Below, piece after piece: positions 46,475 through 55,651 of a stretch of 64,000 nucleotides of DNA (positions are counted from its first letter, which is position 1; each line of letters starts with the position of its first letter). Location of the stretch: positions 1,049 through 65,048 of the forward strand of contig JBGQKI010000010.1 of NCBI GenBank assembly GCA_041499475.1. The letters run 5' to 3'. This DNA is from Thermoplasmata archaeon (GTDB taxonomy: Archaea > Thermoplasmatota > DTKX01 > DATEUP01). The notes under the pieces were generated by a model. That model saw nothing but the letters and a program-made list of their open reading frames with translations. It had not been told where the DNA came from and made no database searches. Position numbers and translations under genes: made by a program.

Positions 46475-46695
46475 AGCCTCAGCGAACGGCGCGCGGCCGC
46501 GAAGGTTGATATCCGCGGCCTCGAATGGACGGGCAAGAGGCCGCTTGCGTGCGCCTCCCCGCTTCCTGGCGCTCCCCGTTTTGCTGAGGTGAAACGCCCC
46601 GTATGCTTCGTGCGGACCGAGGCCGCGGGCGCACGACAGAAGCGCCGCGCGCGCCGCGAAAGCGGACGGAGCCGGAGCGCGCCGAAGGGTCGGGG

Positions 46696-47286
46696 ATGCC
46701 CGAGGGCTTCTGGGCGCGCGCGAAGTACTACGACCAGCTGACCGGCGTCGCGTCGATCTCGCGCCGGTATTTCGTCATCGGGGCCTTCGACGGGGCCCTC
46801 ACCGTGTTGGGGCTCATCCTCGGCACGACCGGGTACTCGACGAACCCTTCGCTCATCCTGGCGGCCGGGCTTGCCACGAGCGTCGCGCTCGCGGTGTCCT
46901 CGACCTTCGGCGCGTTCGAAGCGGAGCGCGTGGAGCAGGACATCGAGCACCAGGAAATCCAGCGTGCGATGCTGCGCGATGTCGGCGGGGACAAAGTGGC
47001 CGCGCACCGGTTCGCGATCATCGTTTCGTCCGTGGTCCATGGAGTCGCGCCCTTGGTGGCGGGGCTCCTGCCCCTCATCCCTTTCCTCCTCGTCCCGTGG
47101 GCGGTCCCGTTTTTCGACGCGGTCATCGCGGCCGCGGGCGTGACGCTCGTTTTCCTTTTCGGGCTGGGCGCATTCCTCGGCACGATCACGCGGCGCAACG
47201 CGGTCAAGGGCGGAATCCGCCTCGTGTTGGTCGCGCTGGGGACAGCCGGGATTACCTTGCTCATCGGCGGCCACGGCGTGCTGTAG
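46696..47286 (+). CDS. VIT1/CCC1 family metal transporter
   Basis: RRYFVIGAFDGALTVLG, SSTFGAFEAERVEQ, APLVAGLLPLIPF, 5 TM. Confidence 0.88.
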   Translation: MPEGFWARAKYYDQLTGVASISRRYFVIGAFDGALTVLGLILGTTGYSTNPSLILAAGLATSVALAVSSTFGAFEAERVEQDIEHQEIQRAMLRDVGGDKVAAHRFAIIVSSVVHGVAPLVAGLLPLIPFLLVPWAVPFFDAVIAAAGVTLVFLFGLGAFLGTITRRNAVKGGIRLVLVALGTAGITLLIGGHGVL

Positions 47287-47301
47287 CGGCGCGGCGCGCG
47301 G

Positions 47302-49242
47302 TTGCTTGTGCTTCCAGCAAATCATCAAATGGAGATGACCGCCTCGCGGGGCGCACACGAGGTGCCAGACGCCATGGCCACGCCTGCGACCGCCCGGCCA
47401 GCCGACCCCACGCGCTCGGCGGTTGAGTTCCTTTCGCAGGTCGTTTCGCGCCACTTCAAAGTGCACCACATCGAAGGCGACCGGTTCCGTCTCGCGTTCT
47501 TTACTCGGCAGACCGCAAACGGCGCGAAGGTGCAAGACCACGCGCCCGAGGTCGACAAGGCCTTCGACGCCCTGCGCGACGACCTTAAGGAAAAGTCCTA
47601 CGTCGCGACCCTGCAGCTTGCCGGCGACGACGGCGTCATCACGGTCTCGCGGGTGGTCGACCCGCCGTTCCGCTCGACGCGGGTGAATTGGATCTTCTTC
47701 GTGCTGACGCTCGTCTCCGTGCAAGTCGCTGGCGCGACATGGTGGGCGGGGTACATCTCGCAGGCCGGCCCCACGGGCCAGGAGGTGGGGGTCGACTGGC
47801 TGTCCGGACAGGCGCAAATCGGCGGGGCGCTCTTCTTCGCGGCACCTTTGCTTGCAATCCTCGGGCTCCACGAGATGGGGCACTACTTCACGGCGAGGCA
47901 CTACAACGTGCGCGCGTCGCTGCCGTTCTTCATCCCGTCGCTGCCGCCGCTTGGCACCTTCGGCGCGTTCATCTCGATGCGCGACCCGCTGCCGTCGCGG
48001 CGCGTGATTTTCGACATCGGGCTGTCGGGGCCGCTCATCGGCTTCCTTGCCTCCCTCGCGGTGACGGCGCTCGGCACCGTGTTCATGGCCCAGACCCCCT
48101 CGCCCACGCGCCCGGAGGTCGGCGGCGGGGTGAACTTCGGCTCGCCCCTGATGTTTAACCTGATCCTGAACACGCTCGGCGCACCCGAGAACTCGTACTG
48201 GCACCCGACACTGGTTGCCGGGTGGGCCGGGTTCCTCGTTACGGCGTTCAACCTGATCCCGGCCGCGCAGCTCGACGGGGGCCATGTCTTCTTCTCGCTT
48301 TTGGGCAACGGCGCGAAGCGCGAGTCGAGGGCGGTTGCGATTTCGGTGGCCGCCGTGATGGGGATCGCGGTGCTCGGCAGCCTGCTCGGCTACAACGGTT
48401 GGCTCCTGCTGCTCGTCATCGTGTTCCTCACCATCCGGCACCCCCCGCCGCTGAACCAGATCTCATCCCTGGACGCAAAGCGGCTGGCCGCGGGCGTGGG
48501 GGCGCTCTTGATCTTCGCCGTCTCATTCAGCCCCGCACCGATCCAACTCATCCCCGCCGACTACTCCTTCGAGCTGCAAGCGAGCGACGCCGCGGTCGTG
48601 GTGCCCGCGGGCGGGTATGCGAACTACTCGTTCAACGTCTCGAACGTGGGGAACGCCTACAACCAGCTCGTCGTCGAAGTGCGCGGGGACGCGGGGCCGT
48701 TCACGGCGTACTTCAACGAGTCGAACACTTCGACGCGCGTGTACACGAACAAGCTCGAGTGGGTGAACCGCACCGTGAATGTGACGATCGCCGCGCTGAC
48801 GCTCTTAGACCGCCAGCTTGGCGCTGTGTACATCGTCGTGAGTCCGGTAGGCGACCCGGACCTGCAGAAGGCTCTCGTGGTTTACGCGGTCACGGCGCCC
48901 GCGCACCCGGCGCTCGATATGCCGAGCGTGGCGAATGGGGTGGCCGCACCGAATGCTACCGCGGAGGTGCCGATCTTCCTTGAAAACACAGGAGATGTGC
49001 CGCTCAACCTCACCCTCAGCGGGAGCGCGCTCAGTGGTGCCTGGCCGTGGGGATTTGGGGGGCCCGGCTACCTGACCGCGAACGTGCGCTTGGCGCCCGG
49101 AGCCAACGCGACGGTCAACTTCGAGGTCGCCCTTCTGAACGCAACGACCAACCAGACCTCGATGTACGTCGTGCACGCGCAGGACGCGAATTGGACCGCG
49201 GTGCGGGGCGATGTGCATGTGGAAGTGCGCTGCACGGGTTAG
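47302..49242 (+). CDS. Site-2 protease (M50) with a C-terminal extracellular Ig-like extension
   Basis: LHEMGH, LPFFIP, GTFGAFI, DIGLSGPL, NLIPAAQLDGGH; about 230-aa sequon-rich beta tail; start uncertain. Confidence 0.9.
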   Translation: MLVLPANHQMEMTASRGAHEVPDAMATPATARPADPTRSAVEFLSQVVSRHFKVHHIEGDRFRLAFFTRQTANGAKVQDHAPEVDKAFDALRDDLKEKSYVATLQLAGDDGVITVSRVVDPPFRSTRVNWIFFVLTLVSVQVAGATWWAGYISQAGPTGQEVGVDWLSGQAQIGGALFFAAPLLAILGLHEMGHYFTARHYNVRASLPFFIPSLPPLGTFGAFISMRDPLPSRRVIFDIGLSGPLIGFLASLAVTALGTVFMAQTPSPTRPEVGGGVNFGSPLMFNLILNTLGAPENSYWHPTLVAGWAGFLVTAFNLIPAAQLDGGHVFFSLLGNGAKRESRAVAISVAAVMGIAVLGSLLGYNGWLLLLVIVFLTIRHPPPLNQISSLDAKRLAAGVGALLIFAVSFSPAPIQLIPADYSFELQASDAAVVVPAGGYANYSFNVSNVGNAYNQLVVEVRGDAGPFTAYFNESNTSTRVYTNKLEWVNRTVNVTIAALTLLDRQLGAVYIVVSPVGDPDLQKALVVYAVTAPAHPALDMPSVANGVAAPNATAEVPIFLENTGDVPLNLTLSGSALSGAWPWGFGGPGYLTANVRLAPGANATVNFEVALLNATTNQTSMYVVHAQDANWTAVRGDVHVEVRCTG

Positions 49243-50141
49243 CGGCGGCGAAGGGAGAGAACGAGCGCCGCCACGAGCACTGCGCCGGCGACGGCCGCCC
49301 CTTCGAAGCCGGGGAGTTTCCCGGCCGGTGGGGGCACGAGGACCTGGACCGCAACCGCGCCGGGGTGAGCCGTTTCGAAATCGGCAAGCGACGAGGTGTC
49401 GAGGAGCGCCCCGGCAGCGTCTCGGGTAACGATGCGGTCGTGGTGGAGCGGCGAATCATCAATGACGAGCGTGTAGTTGCGCGACGGGTCGAAAGCGAGC
49501 GGCGCTGTCGCGTGCATGCGCGTCTGGTTTGACGGGGTCTCGACGGCGAAGAGGATCGAGCCGGCGGCGTCCGCTCCCTGATCCGGGAAGCTGATGGGGA
49601 AAACCTGGTCGGCAGCGGGGCTAAGCGGGTAGTCGCCGGCATCCCCCGTGAAGCCGGAGAGCCCGGTGGGGTGGTGGCTGGGGGCAAAGACCGCATCGGG
49701 ATCGAGCTGGAGGTTGCCAAGCGAACCGAGGTAAACCCGCCCGCCGGGCGGGTTCGCGGCCGGGATTGCAAGCACGGCCGCGGCGTCCGACGCGGTGTGC
49801 TCCTTGGCCGTCACGTTGAGCACCACGAGCACGAGCCTGGTTTGGGCGGGCGTGATGCTGAACAGAGACAAGTTGCCGTGCTCGCCGGTGGAAGCGCTCC
49901 ACCCGTACGCGACCGATTCATTCACCGTCCCGCCGGCTTCGGCTTCGAGCGCGTGGCTCGCGCCCCATTCAAAGTGAACCGTGTCGCCGGCTGTGGCAAC
50001 GGTACTCGGGCCCGCGTCGGCAACGACGAAGAATTTCTCCACACGGGGGCGGTCCTGGGCGACGCAGCCGGCAGAGAGTACGGCTGCGGAGATGGAGAAG
50101 GCAAGGAGCGCGCACGCGCGCGGATTGCCCAGGGCGTGCAT
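49239..50141 (-). CDS. Surface protein with a lipobox-like N-terminus and PGF-CTERM
   Basis: AVLSAGCV; PKD-like segment; C-terminus LPGFEGAAVAGAVLVAALVLSLRRR; TATA TTAAATA near 50190; ATG 50141 (ORF track 50177). Confidence 0.8.
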   Translation of the reverse strand: MHALGNPRACALLAFSISAAVLSAGCVAQDRPRVEKFFVVADAGPSTVATAGDTVHFEWGASHALEAEAGGTVNESVAYGWSASTGEHGNLSLFSITPAQTRLVLVVLNVTAKEHTASDAAAVLAIPAANPPGGRVYLGSLGNLQLDPDAVFAPSHHPTGLSGFTGDAGDYPLSPAADQVFPISFPDQGADAAGSILFAVETPSNQTRMHATAPLAFDPSRNYTLVIDDSPLHHDRIVTRDAAGALLDTSSLADFETAHPGAVAVQVLVPPPAGKLPGFEGAAVAGAVLVAALVLSLRRR

Positions 50142-50212
50142 AGGGAGGCACCTCGCAAACGCGAAGCGCCGCGTCAACCTGCTGAGGGTATTTAAGATTC
50201 GCCGGGCGCCGC

Positions 50213-50452
50213 CTATTCCTCTTCGGAGTGGTCGGCGCGGGGGGGCGGGTCAACGCGGATGTCCATGGGTTTCGAGCGGCTCGGCCGCACGCTGATGGGC
50301 CCGTGCCCGAGTTCGCACACATTGCAGAACAGCTGGTAGCCGTGCGAGGTCGAAACGACCGGCACCGGCTGACCCAAAAACACGATGCACACTTGGCAGT
50401 GCGGCGTCCCGAGCGCCGACCTTTGCGAACTGCGAATTACGCTTGCTTCCAA
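50213..50452 (-). CDS. Small Cys-rich zinc-finger-like protein
   Basis: CQVC...CNVC; TATA-like GTATATGT about 40 nt upstream; TTG start. Confidence 0.5.
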   Translation of the reverse strand: MEASVIRSSQRSALGTPHCQVCIVFLGQPVPVVSTSHGYQLFCNVCELGHGPISVRPSRSKPMDIRVDPPPRADHSEEE

Positions 50453-50603
50453 AGAGATCCCCCGCGAGCAACGTCATCCCTTGGCTGGGCGATACATATA
50501 CGTTGTGCCGCGCCTTCCAGCAATCCGCAAACCAGGCACCCTGGAACGGGAGGGGCGTCACCCTTTAATCCGCTCCGGGCGTTGGCGCGCCAGGTGGCCT
50601 AAA

Positions 50604-51677
50604 GTGGCGCTTCGCACCGCGTTGTTTGAGGAGCACGAACGCCTGCACGGGCAGATCGTGGAGTTCGCGGGCTGGAACCTTCCGGTCCAGTACACCTCGA
50701 TTATCGACGAGCACACGGCCGTGCGCACGCGGGTCGGCGTGTTCGATGTTTCGCACATGGGTCAGGTGCGCATCCGCGGGAAGGGCGCGGAGGACCTTGT
50801 GCGGAAGGTGTTCACCAACGACATCAAGCCGGCCGCGCCGGGCAAAGTGCTCTACACGCACATGCTGGACGAGCGCGGGCGCATCATCGACGACATCCTG
50901 TTTGCCCGCGAGTCGGCCGACTCGTTTTTCATTGTGCCAAACGCCGCCACGACGCCGGCGGTCGTGAAGTGGTTTGAGAGCCACAACGAGAAGCGCGCGA
51001 CGATCGACAACCTCTCGGACGGGATGTTCTGCATCGCGGTGCAAGGCCCCAAAGCGCCCGAGACGGTGCAGAAGCTCACGAAGACCGACCTGAAGGCGAT
51101 GAAGAAAATGTGGGCGCTCGACGGCGAAGTTGTGGGCGTCCCTTGCAAGATACAGACAACGGGTTACACCGGGGAGGCCGGGTTCGAGCTGATCGGCCCG
51201 AATGCGCACGCCGTGAAAGTGTACCGCGCAATCCTCGAAGCCGGAAAGGAGTTCGACATCCGCCCGTGCGGGCTCGGAGCGCGCGACACACTGCGCCTCG
51301 AGAAGGCCTACCTGCTGTCGGGGCAGGACTTCCACGGCGACCGCACGACCTTGGAGACGCAGTACGATTGGGTGGTGAAGTGGGACCACGAGTTCATCGG
51401 CAAGGCGGCGCTCGAGGCGCAGAAGAAGGCCGGGACCTACGAACGGTGGGTGGGCCTCAAGGCGACCGGCCGCGGGATCCCGAGGCACGACTACCCGCTC
51501 TATCATGATGGGAAGCAGGTCGCAAAGGTCACGAGCGGGACGATGTCGCCCACGCTCCGCGTCGGGATTGCGATGGCGTACCTGCCGCCCGCGCTCACGA
51601 AGGCGGGCACGAAACTCGCCTTCGAGATGCGCGGCCAGAAAGTGGACTGCGAAGTGGTGAAAACGCCGTTCCTTTGA
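50604..51677 (+). CDS. gcvT: Glycine cleavage system aminomethyltransferase T
   Basis: [57 protein letters not shown]. Confidence 0.96.
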   Translation: MALRTALFEEHERLHGQIVEFAGWNLPVQYTSIIDEHTAVRTRVGVFDVSHMGQVRIRGKGAEDLVRKVFTNDIKPAAPGKVLYTHMLDERGRIIDDILFARESADSFFIVPNAATTPAVVKWFESHNEKRATIDNLSDGMFCIAVQGPKAPETVQKLTKTDLKAMKKMWALDGEVVGVPCKIQTTGYTGEAGFELIGPNAHAVKVYRAILEAGKEFDIRPCGLGARDTLRLEKAYLLSGQDFHGDRTTLETQYDWVVKWDHEFIGKAALEAQKKAGTYERWVGLKATGRGIPRHDYPLYHDGKQVAKVTSGTMSPTLRVGIAMAYLPPALTKAGTKLAFEMRGQKVDCEVVKTPFL

Positions 51678-51742
51678 TGGGAAGGCGAACGCTTTTACCT
51701 TGGCGGGCGGTTTTGGGAAAGGCGATTGAGGAGTCAACAACG

Positions 51743-52123
51743 ATGTCGTCAAACGTGCCCGCCGACCGCAAGTACACGAAGGACCACGAGTGGGCGAAGG
51801 ACGAGAGCGGCAAGGTCCGCGTGGGGATCACGGACTTTGCGCAGCACTCGCTCACGGACATCGTCTTTGTGGAGCTGCCAAAGGTGGGCGTGAAGCTCGA
51901 GCAAGGGAAGCCGTTCGGCGTGGTCGAGTCGGTCAAGAGCGCGTCGGACCTCTACGCGCCGATTTCCGGCGAGGTCGTCGAGGTGAACAAGGCGGTTATC
52001 GATGCGCCGGAGACCGTGAACAGCGACCCCTACGGCAAGGGCTGGATGATTGTGCTGAAGCCCGTGGGTGCGGCAGGGCAGTTGATGGACCCGGCGGCAT
52101 ACAAAAAGCACATCGGGGAATGA
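51743..52123 (+). CDS. gcvH: Glycine cleavage system H protein
   Basis: [27 protein letters not shown] (lipoyl-Lys), NSDPYGKGW. Confidence 0.96.
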   Translation: MSSNVPADRKYTKDHEWAKDESGKVRVGITDFAQHSLTDIVFVELPKVGVKLEQGKPFGVVESVKSASDLYAPISGEVVEVNKAVIDAPETVNSDPYGKGWMIVLKPVGAAGQLMDPAAYKKHIGE

Positions 52124-52138
52124 TTACGCACAGGAATT

Positions 52139-52393
52139 TCAGGCTGGGCGCTTGAGGTACCTCAAGGACTTGAGCAGGCCCATCGCGAAAACAGGGACGA
52201 AGGCGGCTCCAATTCCGATGAACAGCCACCTCGAGCCTTGGGTCACGGGCACGGCGAACGCGAAGTAGGCGACGAGGATTGTGAACATCAGAACGCCAAA
52301 CGCGCATCCCCAAAGGCTGCCGACCGCGTCCCTCCGATCGCGCGCAGCGAGTTCCGCGTCGGGGATTGCCACCTTGTGACCTTCGTTGTTCAT
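52139..52393 (-). CDS. Small 2-TM membrane protein (hypothetical)
   Basis: 84 aa with two hydrophobic helices; ATG start. Confidence 0.6.
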   Translation of the reverse strand: MNNEGHKVAIPDAELAARDRRDAVGSLWGCAFGVLMFTILVAYFAFAVPVTQGSRWLFIGIGAAFVPVFAMGLLKSLRYLKRPA

Positions 52394-52400
52394 GGATCGT

Positions 52401-52580
52401 TTACCGCCCCTTTGGCGGAATCAGGTTCGGAATCGTGTCCTCAATCGGATAGTCGACCTTGCAGTGTGCGCAGCGCAGCCCGCCCCTCACGATCTCCTCG
52501 CCGCTCTCTTCATCGACCTTGAGCGTGAGGTCGCCCTTGCAAACCGGGCAGCAAAGGATTTCCATGAGGTCTCGGCGCAT
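52401..52580 (-). CDS. trm112: Trm112 methyltransferase activator
   Basis: MRRDLMEILCCPVCKGDL...LRCAHCKVDYPIEDTIPNL. Confidence 0.9.
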   Translation of the reverse strand: MRRDLMEILCCPVCKGDLTLKVDEESGEEIVRGGLRCAHCKVDYPIEDTIPNLIPPKGR

Positions 52581-52606
52581 CGGAGAGCGATTGCCCCGTT
52601 GCGGGA

Positions 52607-54049
52607 TTAAGCCTTTGGAAGCGAGGCCTCGGGCGGGTCCTCGTCCTTGGTCCAGGCCGCGTAGGTTACCCAAACCATGATTCCCGCCAAAATCGCCGTG
52701 AGCATGAGCGGGCGCGGGTCCGGGGGCGGCCGCAGGATGATCTGGATTTGGTAGGTGTAGGTGACGACATGGCCGTGGCCGTCCGAAGCCGTTAGCGTGA
52801 GGTTGTGGACACCGACGGAAAGCTGGACACGCCGGCCGTCGGCGGCGCCCAGCGGGCCGTCGATGTCCGATCGAAACGAGGCCGTGACGCGGTCGGCATC
52901 GGGGTCGGCAAATTCCGCGTACAGGCGCACGGCCGTAAACTGCGTGACCACGGCGCCCTCGGCCGGCTCGAGCGTGACGACGAAGGGCGCGCCGTTCACG
53001 TAAAAGTATTCGACCGGCGACTCGGAAGGGCCGTTGCCGGCGAGGTCCCAAGCGCGCCACCGGATGCCCACCGTGGCGCCCGAGGAAATCGTGAAGATGA
53101 CCGTCGCGCGCACTCCGGGACCGGTGAAGACCGTGCTGGAGTTCGTCCAATTGCCCCAGGTCAGCCCGCCGTCCCTCGAGACCTGCGCCTGCACGCGGCT
53201 GCGGTTTACCCCGACGGCGTCATCGGCGACCGAGGCCGTCACGCTCACGCGCGGGCCGTCAACGCGCGTGAACGAGGTGGGCGTGAAGTCACTGAAGGTC
53301 GGCGGGCCGCCGTCGTAGGTGATGCTCGTGCGCTCGAACCTCGCCGTGTTGCCCGCGCGGTCGGTGACCACGACGGTGAACCGGTTGTCCGACCCGACGC
53401 AGAGCTCCATGCTGGCCTCGCCGACGAGCCTGCCCGGCAGCGCGACGACCTGGAACGCCTTGCTCGACATGGTGTACGAGCACCCGGAGCGGTACGAGAG
53501 CAGCGCGGGCTCGGCCATCCCGCTTTGGCCATCGCGCGCGTCCATGCGGATCGTGAGTTGGCTTTGGTTCGTGAGCTCGGGTGCAGCGACTTCGACCTGC
53601 GGAGGCGTTACGTCCACGGTGAAGGTGGTGCTCGCGTTGAGCGCGTTCCCGAACACGTCCCGCGCACTGAGGTCCAGCCGGTAGTCGCCCTCGGTGAGTT
53701 CTACCGACCCGATGAGGAGGGCGCGCGAAGGGTCGCCGTACTCGCCCGCGGTAAATGTGGGGGAGCCCGCGAAGCGCCCTTCGGAAAACGACCAGGCGGC
53801 TACCGTGATGTTGGCGGCGTCGATGGCCGAGGCCGCGTCCTGGAAGACGGCGGAAAGCAGGACGTCCGCGGTGCCGGGGCCCACGCGCATCGTGCTGTTG
53901 ACGAAGGAGCCGTCCGCGGGCTGGACGCTTTCAAGGAACGGAGGCGTGGTGTCCGCGGCCGCGGCAGGCGTGCAAAGCGCAAGTGCGGCGCCGGCCGCGG
54001 CAAGGGTGACCCACAACAGAGGCGTTAGCCTCGATTCCGCAGAACTCAA
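52607..54049 (-). CDS. Secreted Ig-like repeat protein with a C-terminal membrane anchor
   Basis: Signal peptide, DTTPP/VDVTPP/YDGGPP Ig-like unit boundaries, D.AGN motifs, C-terminal TM LMLTAILAGIMVWVTYAAW. Confidence 0.8.
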   Translation of the reverse strand: MSSAESRLTPLLWVTLAAAGAALALCTPAAAADTTPPFLESVQPADGSFVNSTMRVGPGTADVLLSAVFQDAASAIDAANITVAAWSFSEGRFAGSPTFTAGEYGDPSRALLIGSVELTEGDYRLDLSARDVFGNALNASTTFTVDVTPPQVEVAAPELTNQSQLTIRMDARDGQSGMAEPALLSYRSGCSYTMSSKAFQVVALPGRLVGEASMELCVGSDNRFTVVVTDRAGNTARFERTSITYDGGPPTFSDFTPTSFTRVDGPRVSVTASVADDAVGVNRSRVQAQVSRDGGLTWGNWTNSSTVFTGPGVRATVIFTISSGATVGIRWRAWDLAGNGPSESPVEYFYVNGAPFVVTLEPAEGAVVTQFTAVRLYAEFADPDADRVTASFRSDIDGPLGAADGRRVQLSVGVHNLTLTASDGHGHVVTYTYQIQIILRPPPDPRPLMLTAILAGIMVWVTYAAWTKDEDPPEASLPKA

Positions 54050-54137
54050 TTTAGGCCCCCCGCACGAAGCGGCACCGCCCCTCCGACCTCGCTTTGCGTA
54101 AACCTTTCGGAGCGGTCAGCACGTCGTTCGACAGCCA

Positions 54138-55100
54138 TCAGGAGGGCGAGGGCCCCGCGCCGCGGGAGCAGTACGGGCACGGGGCCATGGCAGCCGCCTG
54201 AGGCACGAACGCGGCGGCGGCGCTCTCGAGGCGCGTGTCCACGTCGAGGAGTTTGGCCTTCACGGCCTGCGCGTCGCGCGCGCCCCTCGAGGAGGCGCCT
54301 CGCGGATGATCCCCCGCCTTCGCCCGCGCCTTGCGCGCCCCGTCCCCCGCCGCGGGCGCGTCGCGGCCCTCCGCGAAGGCGCGCAGCAGGTCGGCCTCCG
54401 AAGGCGTTGCGGTCGCCTCGGCCCCCTCGTTTTGGCGCCACGCGGCAGGCTCCTCCACGGACCGGACCGCCACGGCGGCCGAAACGAAGCATAGGCCGAG
54501 CTCGCGCGCGAGCTTGGCTTCGGTGGCCGCCGAAAATCCGACGCCGGCCACGCCAAGCGCAGATAGGCGGGCCGATTCCGCGGCCGTGGGGTGGTGGGGC
54601 CCGGGCACCGTGGCGATCGTGCCGCCCTGTAGGACGCGCACGCCGAACGAGCGCGCGACCGACGCGAATTCCCTCGACAGGCGGCGGCAGAAGGGCGCCT
54701 CCATCTCGGCGTGGTGGGTGCCCTCGAGGCCGCCGTCGTAGAAGGTGACCGAGCGGCCGGTAAGGTCGAGGAAGTCGTCGGGGACGAAGCAGTCGGCGAG
54801 GCGCAGTTCCGCCGTGAGCGAGGTTGCAACGGACATCGAGAGGACGCGCTGCGCGCCCGCCTTGGAAAGCGCCATCAGCGTGGCGCGGTAGGGCAGCTGG
54901 TGGCCCGGGAACGGTGCCACGCCGGACTTTGAAACTGCGGCAAAGCGGCCGCCGCCGATGGAGCCGGTGACGACATCGACCGAACCGTAAGGCGTGCGCA
55001 CGGCCTCGGTCTTGACCGGCCGCTCGGCTCGGGCCTCAAGGCGCTTGCCGAGCGACGCGGCCCCCAACAGCCCAACGAGGCTTCCCCGTGCTCCGCTCAC
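54138..55100 (-). CDS. MTA/purine nucleoside phosphorylase homolog with a degenerate active site
   Basis: VRTPYG, LPYRATLMAL, VPDDFLDLT, TFYDG, PFC, GPHHPTAAES, EAKLARELGLCF retained, but several canonical catalytic motifs are altered. Confidence 0.75.
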   Translation of the reverse strand: MSGARGSLVGLLGAASLGKRLEARAERPVKTEAVRTPYGSVDVVTGSIGGGRFAAVSKSGVAPFPGHQLPYRATLMALSKAGAQRVLSMSVATSLTAELRLADCFVPDDFLDLTGRSVTFYDGGLEGTHHAEMEAPFCRRLSREFASVARSFGVRVLQGGTIATVPGPHHPTAAESARLSALGVAGVGFSAATEAKLARELGLCFVSAAVAVRSVEEPAAWRQNEGAEATATPSEADLLRAFAEGRDAPAAGDGARKARAKAGDHPRGASSRGARDAQAVKAKLLDVDTRLESAAAAFVPQAAAMAPCPYCSRGAGPSPS

Positions 55101-55223
55101 GCTCCGCCGATCCCATCGCGCGGTTTGAAAACTTGCCGGGGGCCAATTGTTGTAACTTGAATGCACACAGTCCGAAAGGAGTTAAATACGAATTCCGCCG
55201 ATTTTCAGTTGGACGTGCTTGGG

Positions 55224-55352
55224 ATGAGCCAATCCAGCGCCAAAAACCCCACGTACCGGGTCGCCGAGAATGGCGAGTGGATCCGGATTACCGAGACCGG
55301 CGAGCAGCCGACGGGGTTCTACTACGTGCGGGGCGGCCGCGCGGCCCCCTGA
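55224..55352 (+). CDS. Candidate 42-aa small protein
   Basis: MSQSSAKNPTYRVAENGEWIRITETGEQPTGFYYVRGGRAAP; clear TTAAATA TATA at about 55182. Confidence 0.45.
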   Translation: MSQSSAKNPTYRVAENGEWIRITETGEQPTGFYYVRGGRAAP

Positions 55353-55513
55353 GAGCCCTTCCCTTTGCCCTTACCCCTGGCGGCCGCTTCGCGCCGCCGC
55401 TTGGCAGCGACCTTGACGACTTCGGCGACGCGCAGCGCCGCCTCGCGCATCTTGGCCGACTGCTGCCGCATGCCGCCCATGGCCTCCGCGAGCATCTCGA
55501 CTTCGCCTTTCAT
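55322..55513 (-). CDS. Small coiled-coil protein; reading frame stays open upstream to 55651 with no canonical start
   Basis: Heptad-like LSSLEEEARIADERLARLERASRQMKGEVEMLAEAM with coding-like codon use. Confidence 0.5.
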   Translation of the reverse strand: MKGEVEMLAEAMGGMRQQSAKMREAALRVAEVVKVAAKRRREAAARGKGKGKGSQGAARPPRT

Positions 55514-55651
55514 CTGGCGCGAGGCGCGCTCGAGGCGGGCGAGCCTCTCGTCGGCGATGCGCGCCTCCTCCTCGAGGCTCGAAAGTCTTGCGCCGTCGGG
55601 GCGGGCGGGCGTCCGCTTGCCCCCCTCGTCGGGCGTCGCGCGTCTCCCCCC

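Noticed and set aside
46475-46695. Possible ncRNA/ribozyme in the 220-bp spacer (GGCCGCG...CGCGGCC stem, CTGAGGTGAAAC)
   Set aside because: Short GC stems are expected by chance, and there is no complete hammerhead or tRNA core; likely divergent promoters.
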